DNA from: Chrysomallon squamiferum
Taxonomy: Eukaryota > Animalia > Mollusca
Assembly: GCA_012295275.1 (NCBI GenBank)
Contig: CM022666.1
Location: 2,666,001 to 2,730,000 of the forward strand
Direction of reading: 5' to 3'
Length of the DNA: 64,000 nt
Position numbers and translations under genes: made by a program
Part shown: positions 41,351 through 52,845 of the stretch, piece by piece
Layout: the number at the start of each line of letters is the position of its first letter
Numbering within the stretch: the stretch's first letter is position 1
Notes under the pieces: model-generated
Seen by the model: only the letters and a program-made list of their open reading frames with translations
What the model was told of the DNA's origin: nothing
Database searches by the model: none

Positions 41351-42457
41351 TACATACATACATGCAAATCTTTTGAAAATAATTCAGCTGATTGTCCACC
41401 TTAGTTGTATTTATTTATTATTATTTTCATATATATATATATACACAGGGTTGTTATAAAAATCCTTGTACAATTTAATATTTTCATGACTTCTGATCTA
41501 TGCTTGACAAAACTAATCTGTAAGGAGGATGAGAGAAAAAATTTGGATTTTTTATTTTTGAGAATCTTAATTTTGAACATTACCACCATAAGTATCATTT
41601 AATTTATTATAAGAATGCTGTTTGAAAAGAATAACAATAATTTTAAAAAAATAAAAAAATAAAAATATATGATAAAAAATATTCTAAGAAAAATATGCTA
41701 GGTGATATATATAATTTAAAACTTTATTTACATTCATTTATGAAAATTACAGTGAAATAAGAAGATTTGCGTCACTTTCTTACTTACTGGTGTACAGTTA
41801 AGTGGATGTGTAGAGTTAAATAATATGAAAAAAAAAAATAAAAATAATAAATTTTCTAAAATGATAAATTAATCAAATCTACAGAAGCAGTCTTGATCAT
41901 TTTAATCCCTGAAATAAAAAGAAATTACACTGATACACAATGCACAAGTGACTTGTATTTATCTACATACACACACAAACAGGACATGCAGGCATACAAA
42001 TAAAGAAAACGTTAATTGACAAATGACAACAATTTTCTTTCATGATATACGTAAAGATTTCAAAATATTAACTAAAAAAAAAATGTTAAAACATTATTTT
42101 TTCATTTATACGATTCCCGATACTAATTATCTTTCAATGACTGATTTTTAAAATCAAAATAATGCCTCCAAACAAATCACAGTATGTTCGAATTTTCTGA
42201 ACGTGTTTAGAATTTTCTTATATAATTAATCATTGGGACATAATTGTATGTTAAAAATAAATTATGAAAAAAAAAAAAATAAAATAAAATAAAATAAAAT
42301 AAAATAAAATAAATAATAACCCATTCATAAATGTCTTCACATTTTAAAAAGACCACACAAATGCATGCATAGTAATGTTAATGAGATTTAAACATACATT
42401 TATATACTGGTACTTAAATAAAATTATATGTGAACTATATTTGTCATCATTATCTGT

Positions 42458-43949
42458 TCACTGTTCATCGTGTATAACCTTTTTCTTTTTGGAATTAACA
42501 GGACCAGAATTGGCGGCTAAATGCAGCTTATGTGAAATACCATCTTCGTCGTTCGTGTTTTTAACAACAACCGTTTCCCACTCAGCCTTTAGGGGATTTT
42601 TGTCTTCCGTGACTTCATTTTCACTACCCCCGCCACCAAATAATTTAATTCGACTGATCTGTTGCCACAGCGACCAGTCCTTTTCTTCTTTCGGTTTGTC
42701 GCCATGGTAATGCGTTTGAAAATGTTTGTACTCTTCTTTGTTGAGCTTCAGTAACTTCTTAACGTCGATCAAACTCAGAAGTTTATCGTTTTTGAGTTCT
42801 TCGCCTAAATCTATGTCCTTCAGATCTTCGTAACCAACTTTCTTAACCTTCTGAAGCTGTTGATCAATATGGTGGTCGTTGTCGCCTTCGTGCATAAGCT
42901 GGTGTAGAATGTCGTCGTCGGAGCTGAACGGACCGATATTCTTCACGTTGTCGAGGTGGTCTGTTGGACGTTGATGAACTCCGTGTTCTCCATGGATCAA
43001 TACTTCACCATCTATTGTTCCTATGTCTCCCTTTTTAATGTAGTGATGTTCCTTAGAATCTTTGTGAACACCTTTTTCTCCGTGAACAAGTTCTTCGCTA
43101 TCGACTGTTCCTATTTCACCCTTTTTGACGTGGTGATGTTCCTTGGAATCTTTGTGAACACCGTGTTCTCCGTGAACAAGTTCTTCACCATCAACTGTTC
43201 CTATTTGACCCTTTTTGACGTGGTGATGTTCCTTGGAATCTTTGTGAACACCGTGTTGTCCGTGAACATGTTTTTCACCGTCAACTGTTCTTATCTCGAT
43301 CTTTTTAACTTCATGATGTTCTTCTGGATTTTTGTGAACACCGTGTTGTCCGTGAACATGTTTTTCACCGTCAACTGTTCTTATCTCAATCTTTTTAACT
43401 TCATGATGTTCTTCTGGACTTTTGTGAACATGCTCTTCTCCATGAACGAGTTTTTCACTACTGACTGTCCCTATGTCCCCCTTTTTAACTTGGCCATGCG
43501 ACTCTAGATTCTTATGATCCTCATTCTCGCCGTGGACCGATTTCTTCGTTTCGCTATCCTGAACCATTTCATGAACCAAAACACTGTCTGTTCCTCGAGG
43601 CGACTCTTCAAAATGTTCCTCGTGGTGAATCCCGTGCTCCTTGTCTCCGTGCATTAAGACTCCGTGAAGCTCCTGCATGGGATCGTTTGGACCAGGAGCC
43701 GGTTTCTTGTCTTCTTCGGCCTTCTTTTCGTCTTCCAGCGCCAGATGAAGAGGAGGCTCTGGCCCGTGTTCCTGGTTTGGTACTACTTTGACCAGCTTCT
43801 CGTGATCGTGGGAGTGGTCGCTTCCTGCCTTCGAGTCTCCGTGCATGAGTACTCCGTGCAGCTCCTCGTCCGGGATTTTGGGTCCGTGTTCCTGGTTTGG
43901 AACTTCCTCTTCTCCTTTCTTTTGTTCATCTCCTTAAAACAAGAATGCT

Positions 43950-43986
<37 letters not shown>

Positions 43987-45233
43987 CAGAAATAGAATAT
44001 CTGCTATTTTTTGTTGCCACTGCCGAACGATTGGTTTAATTCAGTTTTGTGGCAAGATGCATATAATAAACTGCTAGCAGATAACTGATAAAATTCACGT
44101 TTTTTTTTTTTTTTTTTTTTTTTTTTATATATATTTATTTATTTATTTTTTTTTTATTATTTTTTTTTATTACATCTTATATAATTGATGCATAACAATC
44201 AATATCAAAATGTTTTTTTTTTTTCAATTAATACTGCTGTTGCTTCTATTATATATATATATATGCTTGCATAGTTATCAATTGCCGAAATAAAATTTAA
44301 ATAAATAAATAAAATTGATATAATTAAGTAATATAGAAATAAGAATATTAAATTTATAAAATCATGCTTGTTTCTGTTTATTATAATTATAATTATTATT
44401 ATTATTATTATTATTATTAAATATTAGTAACAGAACTGTTTTATTGGAGGTTTTTTGTTTGTATATAGAACGACGATGATGTATTATCTGTATTATTATC
44501 ATCACTGTTGTTGTCGGTAATAGAGTATTCCTTTTCTTATCATTTTATTTAATAACAAAGTAAAATATTGTCAAACACAGCATGTTCAAACCAATAAATC
44601 AATAATAATAAAAACATTCAAAAACTAAAAACAAAAAATGGCGTCGGTTTCCGGAAACGTGGATTAACTTCCGGTTTGAATCATTAGTCTCACATAAATA
44701 TACAAAGTATAACACACCCGTGCAGTATCTTAATATAGTAACGCTCAAGCCATTTGCGAACTCTATAACTTTTAAAAACAAACTAAATTAATTAAACATT
44801 GCTTTATGTAATAAAGTAATTAATCAAACAACAAACGCTATTCGAGTCGTAAGGACGTAGTGTTACATCATTTTATATAATACCAGTTCGCTGGTTATTG
44901 ATGCCTTCAAAATAATTTGATCTGTTGTTATATACATACAGAATTTTGTGTTAACGTTACATAGCTTATATGCGTTGAATAAAATGATATCTATATATAC
45001 GTATATATATATACAAAAACGTATAAACCATGTGACGTTAACATATTATTTCTATATGCTTATAACAGATCAAAGAATAGCGTGGGAACAGATAATTTGT
45101 ATAAACATTTAATAAATATTTGCTTGTAGCTGTAGTACTAACGAGTATTACTAAGGTCTTAATTTACCTTAAACATTAGTAGTAATAGTATCAGTAGTAA
45201 CAACAGAGATAGTAGTAGTAGAACATAGTAGCA

Positions 45234-45284
<51 letters not shown>

Positions 45285-45700
45285 AACATAGTAGCAAAGT
45301 AGTAGTAGTAGTAGTAGTAGTAGTAATAGTAGTAGTAGTAGTAGTGGCAGCAGCAGTAGTCGTGGTGATGGCGTTGGTAGTAGTCGTAGTAATTGTTATT
45401 GTAGTAGTAATAGTAGAAATATCGGTGGGAGGTATGATAGCATCAATAGCAGAGGCAACAACGGCAGTGGTAATACATACAGTAATAATAAAAGAGATCT
45501 GTGATAATAATGTAGAAGCAATTGCAATAACAGTTGTCTGAGGATCAGTATTAACAATAATTATTTTATCAGAACTAGTAGCAGGATCAGAATTATGTAA
45601 TTATTTTTAATAACACAGATTCCACAGGTAACTTACCTGTGGGTTTCGCTGTTGATCCGAATATCAGCAGAATGAATCCAAAAGCTAAATACAATTTCAT
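42458..45700 (-). CDS. Secreted histidine/glutamate/lysine-rich tandem-repeat protein (~512 aa); exons 45700-45637 (signal peptide), 43932-42458
   Basis: Exon 1 MKLYLAFGFILLIFGSTAKPTG ends at G|GTAAGT and joins in phase 1 to TTTTAAG|GA at 43932, in frame with the 462-aa ORF. TATAAA on the minus strand at 45790-45795. Confidence 0.8.
42932..43534 (-). repeat. 90-bp (30-aa) coding tandem repeat, ~6.5 units
   Basis: HGxHGVHKxxxEHHxVKKGxIGTVDGExLV units; 90-bp period visible in the DNA (43081 and 43171). Confidence 0.9.
44916..45074. repeat. Imperfect ~60-bp-arm inverted repeat (foldback/MITE-like) in the intron
   Basis: TTTGATCTGTT...GTTAACGTTACAT pairs with ATGTGACGTTAAC...AACAGATCAAA around a (TA)n centre. 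Confidence 0.65.
45176..45345. repeat. (AGT)n microsatellite with a duplicated GAACATAGTAGCAAA interruption
   Basis: Direct observation. Confidence 0.9.
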
Positions 45701-47265
45701 ACTGGCTCACAACACAAATAATTCACGCTCCACGGGTATATACAGCGTATATCACACTCTCCAACCACCATTTAAAATATTAAATAAAGTTTATATCTTT
45801 AACCTCCTTTAACCGATCAAAAAGTAAATCCTAATTTTAACAACACCTCCTGTAGTCATTCTCATATTAAAATATTTTAAAATTCACTCTTCGAGAAAAT
45901 ATTTTTTTTCCTTCCTATCTTTTCTACGATAAAATGTATTTTTGACTGTTGATAATGATTTTAACAGCGTGTCGTTATCAATACATCCACGTTGCTGCCG
46001 ACGCGACTTTGCCAAGTCAATACGGCGACATATGTGGCTACGTCTTTGTGGTGGTCATCGATTTAAGCTTTTCGTAACAATTTTGCCTCCGTGTTTGTTT
46101 GGTGTGGTCATAACCTTTTGGTCTTATTTTCAAACAGTTTAAAACAGTAAAGGCCATGTTTTGATATGAGTGAATAATTTAGTGGTTTTGTGGGGGGGTT
46201 GTCAACCAGCGTAAAACTGTTATTTTGTTTTTCTTTGTTTGTTTGTTTTTCATGCTGTGTATGTGAAATTAAAAGATCACAAAATTTTGTGAATAAATCG
46301 AATAAATCGTATTCAAACTAAATAGATATTTTAATACTTATTACAGTACCTTACAGCAGCAGAAAAAAAAGAAGATTTCTACGAAAAGTGCCATATGCCG
46401 GTTCATCGTAAAACGCGGACGAATTACCGTCATCGTTTTTATGTCCACTAATACAGACAGGAACAGACAATATTTTATGTTAATTTTAGCTGTTTATACG
46501 GTACAACCTTTTCCATACTGTTTAACAATCAATAAAGGATATATATGATAGATTCAGTACAGTTGTGTTTTAGTTAAAAAGTGCAGATATTTATTAGTTG
46601 CTTGATAGACGAATCCGTCAGTATATAAAATATATTAACGACAATTTATTTACTTTAAGTATCATGTAGGCTTTGACCTCCAAATCATGGTTTTATTAAA
46701 CAGTTGTAATAAAAACGTTCATTTCATCATCATTTTCATTACCATTTCTTCATTATAATATCGAAAATGATTGCATCATCATCATTTTCTCCATTATGAT
46801 ATCCAAAATGATTCAGTTTTGTATCCGCGATTCAGTGAACATTTACTTGCATATTTCATGTTTGTGTATTTGCTAGTGCATGTTTATCAAACGTGCGCAA
46901 TTATTTTGTCTTTATAAACTGTAGTAGAAAAATAGAAATGTTGATTAAACGTCTGTATTTTTATTTTATTTTTAATTCGTGGAGCAAATCCAGAGCAAAC
47001 AACAGTGATAGCCAAAGATAGGATATTCTTTATCGAAAGAGCATTTCTTTGAATTTATTATTTTTAAATTTAAATTTTTTTTTTTTATAATTCTTCTTCT
47101 TCTTATTATTATTATTATTACTATTGTTTCGTGTTTTTACCGTTTCTATTTTGCTTAAGAAGGTTCGCTAATAATACCCAAAGTTATTACACGCGAACGT
47201 TTTTTTATTTGTTTGTTGTTTTTTCTGAGTTTTGTTGCTGTTGTTGTTGTTTTTTGTTGTAGTTT

Positions 47266-47322
<57 letters not shown>

Positions 47323-47702
47323 GTTGTTGTTGTTTGTTTGTTTTTTTTAGTTGTTTTTTTTAGAGGGAGGGTAGTTTGGGAGGATTAATGCGATTTATTA
47401 TCGATGACGTGATATTATCTATTTGATGATGTGACTGAATCTGGCGGGAAAAACACTCATTTTATCTCCAGCCAATGAAAGACAAATCACATGATCCGTT
47501 TTTGCTTTCCCATTCGTCTGATTGGTGTATACGAAAACGAAACAAGAATCTGATATTGTTCGGTTATTATTAATTATTATTAAACAAAAATAAAGCATAA
47601 TAAATAAATAAATAAATAAATAAGTAAATAAAATTTTTATTTATTTGCCTTTCATGACAAATCACGATAACCATTAAATAATTTGTTACAATGTCACCTA
47701 CT

Positions 47703-47864
47703 GGGAAGTTCCACAAGGTCGGTGACCGCGACACGTGATATTATATAAATAGCCATTATTACAGCGATCACATGATAGACGGAGTCCCTTCATAAACATA
47801 CACAGCAAAAACACAAACCACTTTAACAGACAGAACAAAACAATTCAACAACTGACAAGTAAGT
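47703..47864 (+). promoter_or_regulatory. Putative promoter and non-coding first exon of the 49704 gene
   Basis: kB-like GGGAAGTTCC at 47703, E-box CACGTG at 47732, TATATAAA at 47742 and donor GTAAGT at 47859. An acceptor TTCCAG lies one base before the ATG at 49704. Confidence 0.45.
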
Positions 47865-48684
47865 AAGAAATATTTATTATGTACTTACAGTCTTCATTTC
47901 ATTTATTTTATAATATATATATATAAAATAAAAAACGAACGTGAGGTTTATTCATGATTTGTAAGATGTATACTTATGTATGTATGTTATATGATTTAGG
48001 TGTGTGCCTTTAAGTACGTACGCATGTTTGTATGTACGTACGTACGTGTATGCAAGTGTGTAAAAGGTATTATGTATGTGCGTTTATATGTATGTATGTA
48101 TATATGTATGTATGTATGTATGTAGTACTGTGAGTATTGTATGTGTATGGGTATATACCCACTTAAGCATAAATACTTGTGTAAATAAACACATTTATAT
48201 CTTCATTTCTTTAGTTCATGTATAAATGAAAGAAACAGATAACTATAGAAAAAGAAAGAGAATAAAAATAACAACTGAAAAGTAGATGAATCAGAGAAGT
48301 AAAATTAATTACTTAGAATACAATGTATATAATTGCTTGCTATTAACACATACTTTTGTAGTTACCACTGAACTTTGTAACTGTTGTGTAACCTGATATA
48401 AAATAGTTGAATATTTTATCTATAAACTGAGTCATCTTCTCATGATAACTTTAATCTTGTTTTCAGCTACCTACCTGTTCATTTGAATTATTTGGCCCCG
48501 TTTTCTGCTATCAGTAATCATATTGTTTTAGTGCAGTGACAGTGAGATCAGAATTAATTCAGCAAACATCATTCTTTTCTGATTAATGAATTTTGCTAAT
48601 ATAGTTTCTCATATCGCAGTCTTGGATATATCCCTTGCAACGTGTAATTTAATTCATTATCTTGAATCTCTTAAAAGTTTTGCT

Positions 48685-48778
<94 letters not shown>

Positions 48779-48998
48779 GCAGTCAGTCTAAAAGGTTATC
48801 AGCAAGTAACAACAAATAGTTTAAATGCCAAATTCGTCTTTCGTTGCCTTTCTTCAGTTGTTGAAGTTGGTGACATTTTCAATAAAATGAAATATAATCT
48901 TTAAGAAATATAATACAACGTTAAACCTGATCAGAACTCAGGAAAAACACCAAATGAATGATTAAAGAAAATGATTAAACGAATAAACAACAACAACA

Positions 48999-49032
<34 letters not shown>

Positions 49033-49703
49033 TAACAAAAACAAAAACAACAACAACAATAATAATAATATACTACTACTAATAACAACAACAACAACAA
49101 CAATAATTGCAATAATTAATAATGATGAATTATGAAGATGTTGTTTATGACTGAATGACTGTTTCAGTATTATTATTTATCGTACGTTTATTTATAACGA
49201 AAGAAAAACAAAACAAAAGCATGTGAGAAGTTGCCAGAACAGGAAATAAGCAAGACGAAGAATGATCCTACCTTGGTAATGTCTGAGGTGTCTTCCTTAA
49301 CTGTGCCTTCTGACCGTTCAGTCTGAATCGGGACAAAGCCAGAAACTAATGTAGAGTAATTTATCTGAGGTTTTTACTAGCCTCCTGCGTGAAGGATCCC
49401 GCGATCAATTCTTCACTCTTCCCCTGTTATTTTACTATTTCCCCCACCCAGTCCGTTATTAACGACTTATTTATCAAAGTCTGTGGAATGTGTTGTCCTG
49501 TCTAGGAGAAAGTGCATATACAGATCCCGTGTTAAGTAATAATCGAAAAAGAGTAATATGTGGATACAGGTTGTTTTTGGTTTATTTATTTATTTATTTT
49601 TATTTATTTATTTATTTATTTATTTATCTCTATCTTTATGTATGGCGTCATATAACCTTATTATTGTTCCTTCTGAAACGAAACAACTCTCTTTCCTTCC
49701 AGG

Positions 49704-50795
49704 ATGACAAAGTGCAGCTTAGGCAGCTGCAAGCCGACGTCTACGATAACAGCAACGACAAGGAACCGTCACGGTTGCAGACGTGTATGTGGATTTATTT
49801 TTGCCACAATTTCGTTTGTTATTATGGCCTTTGGTATCGCCGTCTTCAATCTCAGCAGCTTTCCTGGCGGAGAAACTTTCCACAAATATCACCCCGGCGA
49901 CCAGGTGTCCATAAGGAAAATAGACGCAGTCGACTTCTCCACTGTCCTGTGCGATCAGTATCGAGTCGCTAATTTACCTCAAGCGAAGATCTATCTGCTC
50001 CGCTCCAAAGCCGAGGTCGACAAGCATCACAAAACGGACGTCAGAAGAAAACTGGTCAGCGGCGTCTTTTATCGCGACAACAGCTTCAACTACGAGGGTT
50101 TCTATCTTCTGAAACATTCCGAAATCTCCATCGACGCTTGCAGGAGACCCAACGACACGTACGAGGACGTGGAGATGAAAGTCTACGTTCTGAAAGGCAA
50201 CGACAACTGGAAGAAGTGGCTGCGAGACCAGAACTGTAAACACTGCGCAGAGGTGACGATGGACGTCAACAGCGACGACAGCACGTGCGACAAATCAGTT
50301 CGCAAAATGAAGTACAAAGTTCACCACACCGACGACTACTACGTCGCCGTTGCTAGACAGCACAAGCGAGATTTGAAGAAGCAGGTCCGTATGAACGTGG
50401 ACATCAAAGTAGAGCGCACCAGGTTTAAACTAGAACACGTGGTGCTGTCGTGTATCCGCGTTTTTCCGTGCAACCTCAACCTGACGTTTTCGTCGGAGGA
50501 GGACGTCCTTGTCGAAATACCAGACGACAGCGACGCCTACTTCACAACCGAATGTCGACCGAGAATCTTCTTCTGGGTTGGGGTGTTCGCCGTTCTTCCC
50601 GTGCTTCTGGTGGTTTTCTTCGTTTTGTGCTTCTGCTGCTGCCTCTATGGCTGTAAACCGGACGTCGTGAAGCTGAAGATCAAGCGGCCGATCAAACTCA
50701 CCGACGAAGCTGTCCTCGTTGCTAGCGAGCAGTTGCCAGCGCAACAGTTGCCTAGCTACGAAATGGCAACGGAGGAGAAAAAGCAGAAATTTTAA
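49704..50795 (+). CDS. Two-TM membrane protein with an APD1-4 middle-like (DUF4793-like) domain, single coding exon
   Basis: 363-aa GC-rich ORF with an N-terminal TM, FYLLKHSEISIDAC and DDYYVAV motifs, a C-terminal TM with a CFCCC cluster and an LPSY tail motif. The domain call is from recalled motif similarity. Confidence 0.65.
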   Translation: MTKCSLGSCKPTSTITATTRNRHGCRRVCGFIFATISFVIMAFGIAVFNLSSFPGGETFHKYHPGDQVSIRKIDAVDFSTVLCDQYRVANLPQAKIYLLRSKAEVDKHHKTDVRRKLVSGVFYRDNSFNYEGFYLLKHSEISIDACRRPNDTYEDVEMKVYVLKGNDNWKKWLRDQNCKHCAEVTMDVNSDDSTCDKSVRKMKYKVHHTDDYYVAVARQHKRDLKKQVRMNVDIKVERTRFKLEHVVLSCIRVFPCNLNLTFSSEEDVLVEIPDDSDAYFTTECRPRIFFWVGVFAVLPVLLVVFFVLCFCCCLYGCKPDVVKLKIKRPIKLTDEAVLVASEQLPAQQLPSYEMATEEKKQKF

Positions 50796-51702
50796 AAATC
50801 AAATTCATGCCGGTTAGACATTTTTCTTTAATTCAAAATTTTATCTGAAGGTAATTAAATCCTTGCAATTCTCATTTAAATTTACAAGTGCACGCTAATT
50901 AATAATAAAAATGAATATAATTGAGACTAATAAGCAGTTTTTGAATTTTCATCTCAAAACTGATTTTTCCCTTTAATTTGTCCTTTAATTTTAGAACAAA
51001 TAATATTAAAAATAAACAGAAAATCATTGCTAAGATGTTTTTTTTTATTGTTTGTTGTATTGTTGCAGATTATAATTTAATTAAACCACATACACTGACA
51101 TGCTCATTTTATTACTGTAAAGTTATTATTACTGAGATGATCAAACCATATAGAGTATATTTGTGACTCACTATAAATACAGCTGTCTTATGATTTTTAA
51201 ATGTGTATGTGTGTATATAGGTATATAGATATACCCATGCACACATACTCTTCCAAATTTAATACGAAAAATGTTAAGAAATTTATTAACAAATTAATTT
51301 CTCTTATTTTTAAATTTTACCCTGATAAATTTTGCTTTCGAAAATCATCAGTAAAAAGTGAAAGTATTTATTGTGCCAGAAATCGGAATAAAACATGGAA
51401 ATTCACGAGAAAATATGCAGATATTTGTAATATAAGAGAACATCGCACAAATTAAATTTATAATTATACAAATTGTGTAAACAGTACCGTTATAATCATT
51501 AAACCAAGTGAAATATCTGAGATGGGGTTTCGCCAAATATATGTAGTCTTTTTTATAATATATAGTTGAAGAATACAAATAATTTATGAACTTAATACCT
51601 TTAGCATTTTACATTTTGTCTTTTGAGAAAATATATCCAATTTGTTTTAAATAAATTTAACAGAATATAAATAAATAATAATAAAATAATAAATAATAAT
51701 AA

Positions 51703-51737
<35 letters not shown>

Positions 51738-52845
51738 AACAAATTATTCTTGACATAATTATTTAGATTTTAGATAAGTGTCCCGTCATCACAGAGACAA
51801 AAATGACAGACAATATATATTTTTTAACATTTACAATCTTTATTCACATGCACCAACCAGTACCCACAAAAACATAAATCGCCGTTGCCATAGCAAACAT
51901 CACGGCTTTGTCCAAAAACACAGTTACAAACATAACGAGTTCATTGGTGGATGTAAATAAAACATATTGTGCACGTCGTAATAAAATGTAATAAGCAAAT
52001 ATTGCGTTTGGAACCCAAATAGAACTCTTGATTTGTGCCAACCGCACCAAAAAAGGCCTGTTAAGAAGTAGTGTTTATAAATCTACCATGGAATGATGCT
52101 GAATGATTGAATTATCAAAAATGTGTATCAAATCGGTTGAACTTGCAAATTTTGGTTAGCATACATTTTGCGACTGAAGTTCGCGGGTTCTTGTGATTCA
52201 ACAACAAAACCCCCCCAAAAAACCTGCATATCATGTAAAGCTGCTATAAAATAAAATAATTTATTTTGGATAAAACAAATCCAAATCAGTATGACCGTCG
52301 TCTTTAGCTGTGGAATAATAATAATAAAAAAATCCTATCCATGTTTGCTGATCTAAGGGACATAACTCTGAAAAACAATTTAGACTTGGAAGTGTCCGTG
52401 CATCATAGGTGGTTGCTTAAAACAGGTACATGTGTGTCTGTGTGTAAAGATCAGTAAGATCTCGATTTTTCAAATATTGGAACAAGAATTTCTTACAATT
52501 AAAATTAAAAAAAATAGGAATGTGTCATATTTATTCACCACAATTACTTAAAATGGATTATATCACAAATATAAATTTTAATAGTATTCAGTTAAAATAA
52601 AATGCAGTACATTATATGCAGAATTTCTTTATTAGTGTATTATATATATATATATATGTATACCAAAAATAAAATTAAAACAAAACAACAGATTAAAACC
52701 CAACAATGACAGCACTATTTTTTCCCCAGGATATCAGAAGTGTGTATCTTACAATTAACTAAATTTAAGCCCTTTACCAAAAATGCATAATATCATCTTA
52801 TAAATGTCATCAAAAATACATAGTAACTGATTTTAATGAAATTTA

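Noticed and set aside
35900-42400. Short ORFs in the AT-rich desert
   Set aside because: Low-complexity I/Y/F/L-rich translations with no coherent exon structure; likely 3'UTR or intergenic.
42956-43507. 183-aa hydrophobic repeat ORF on the + strand
   Set aside because: Antisense shadow of the His-rich coding repeat; it has no independent support.
45344-45541. Val-rich signal/TM-like ORF
   Set aside because: Translation of a decayed (AGT)n microsatellite inside an intron.
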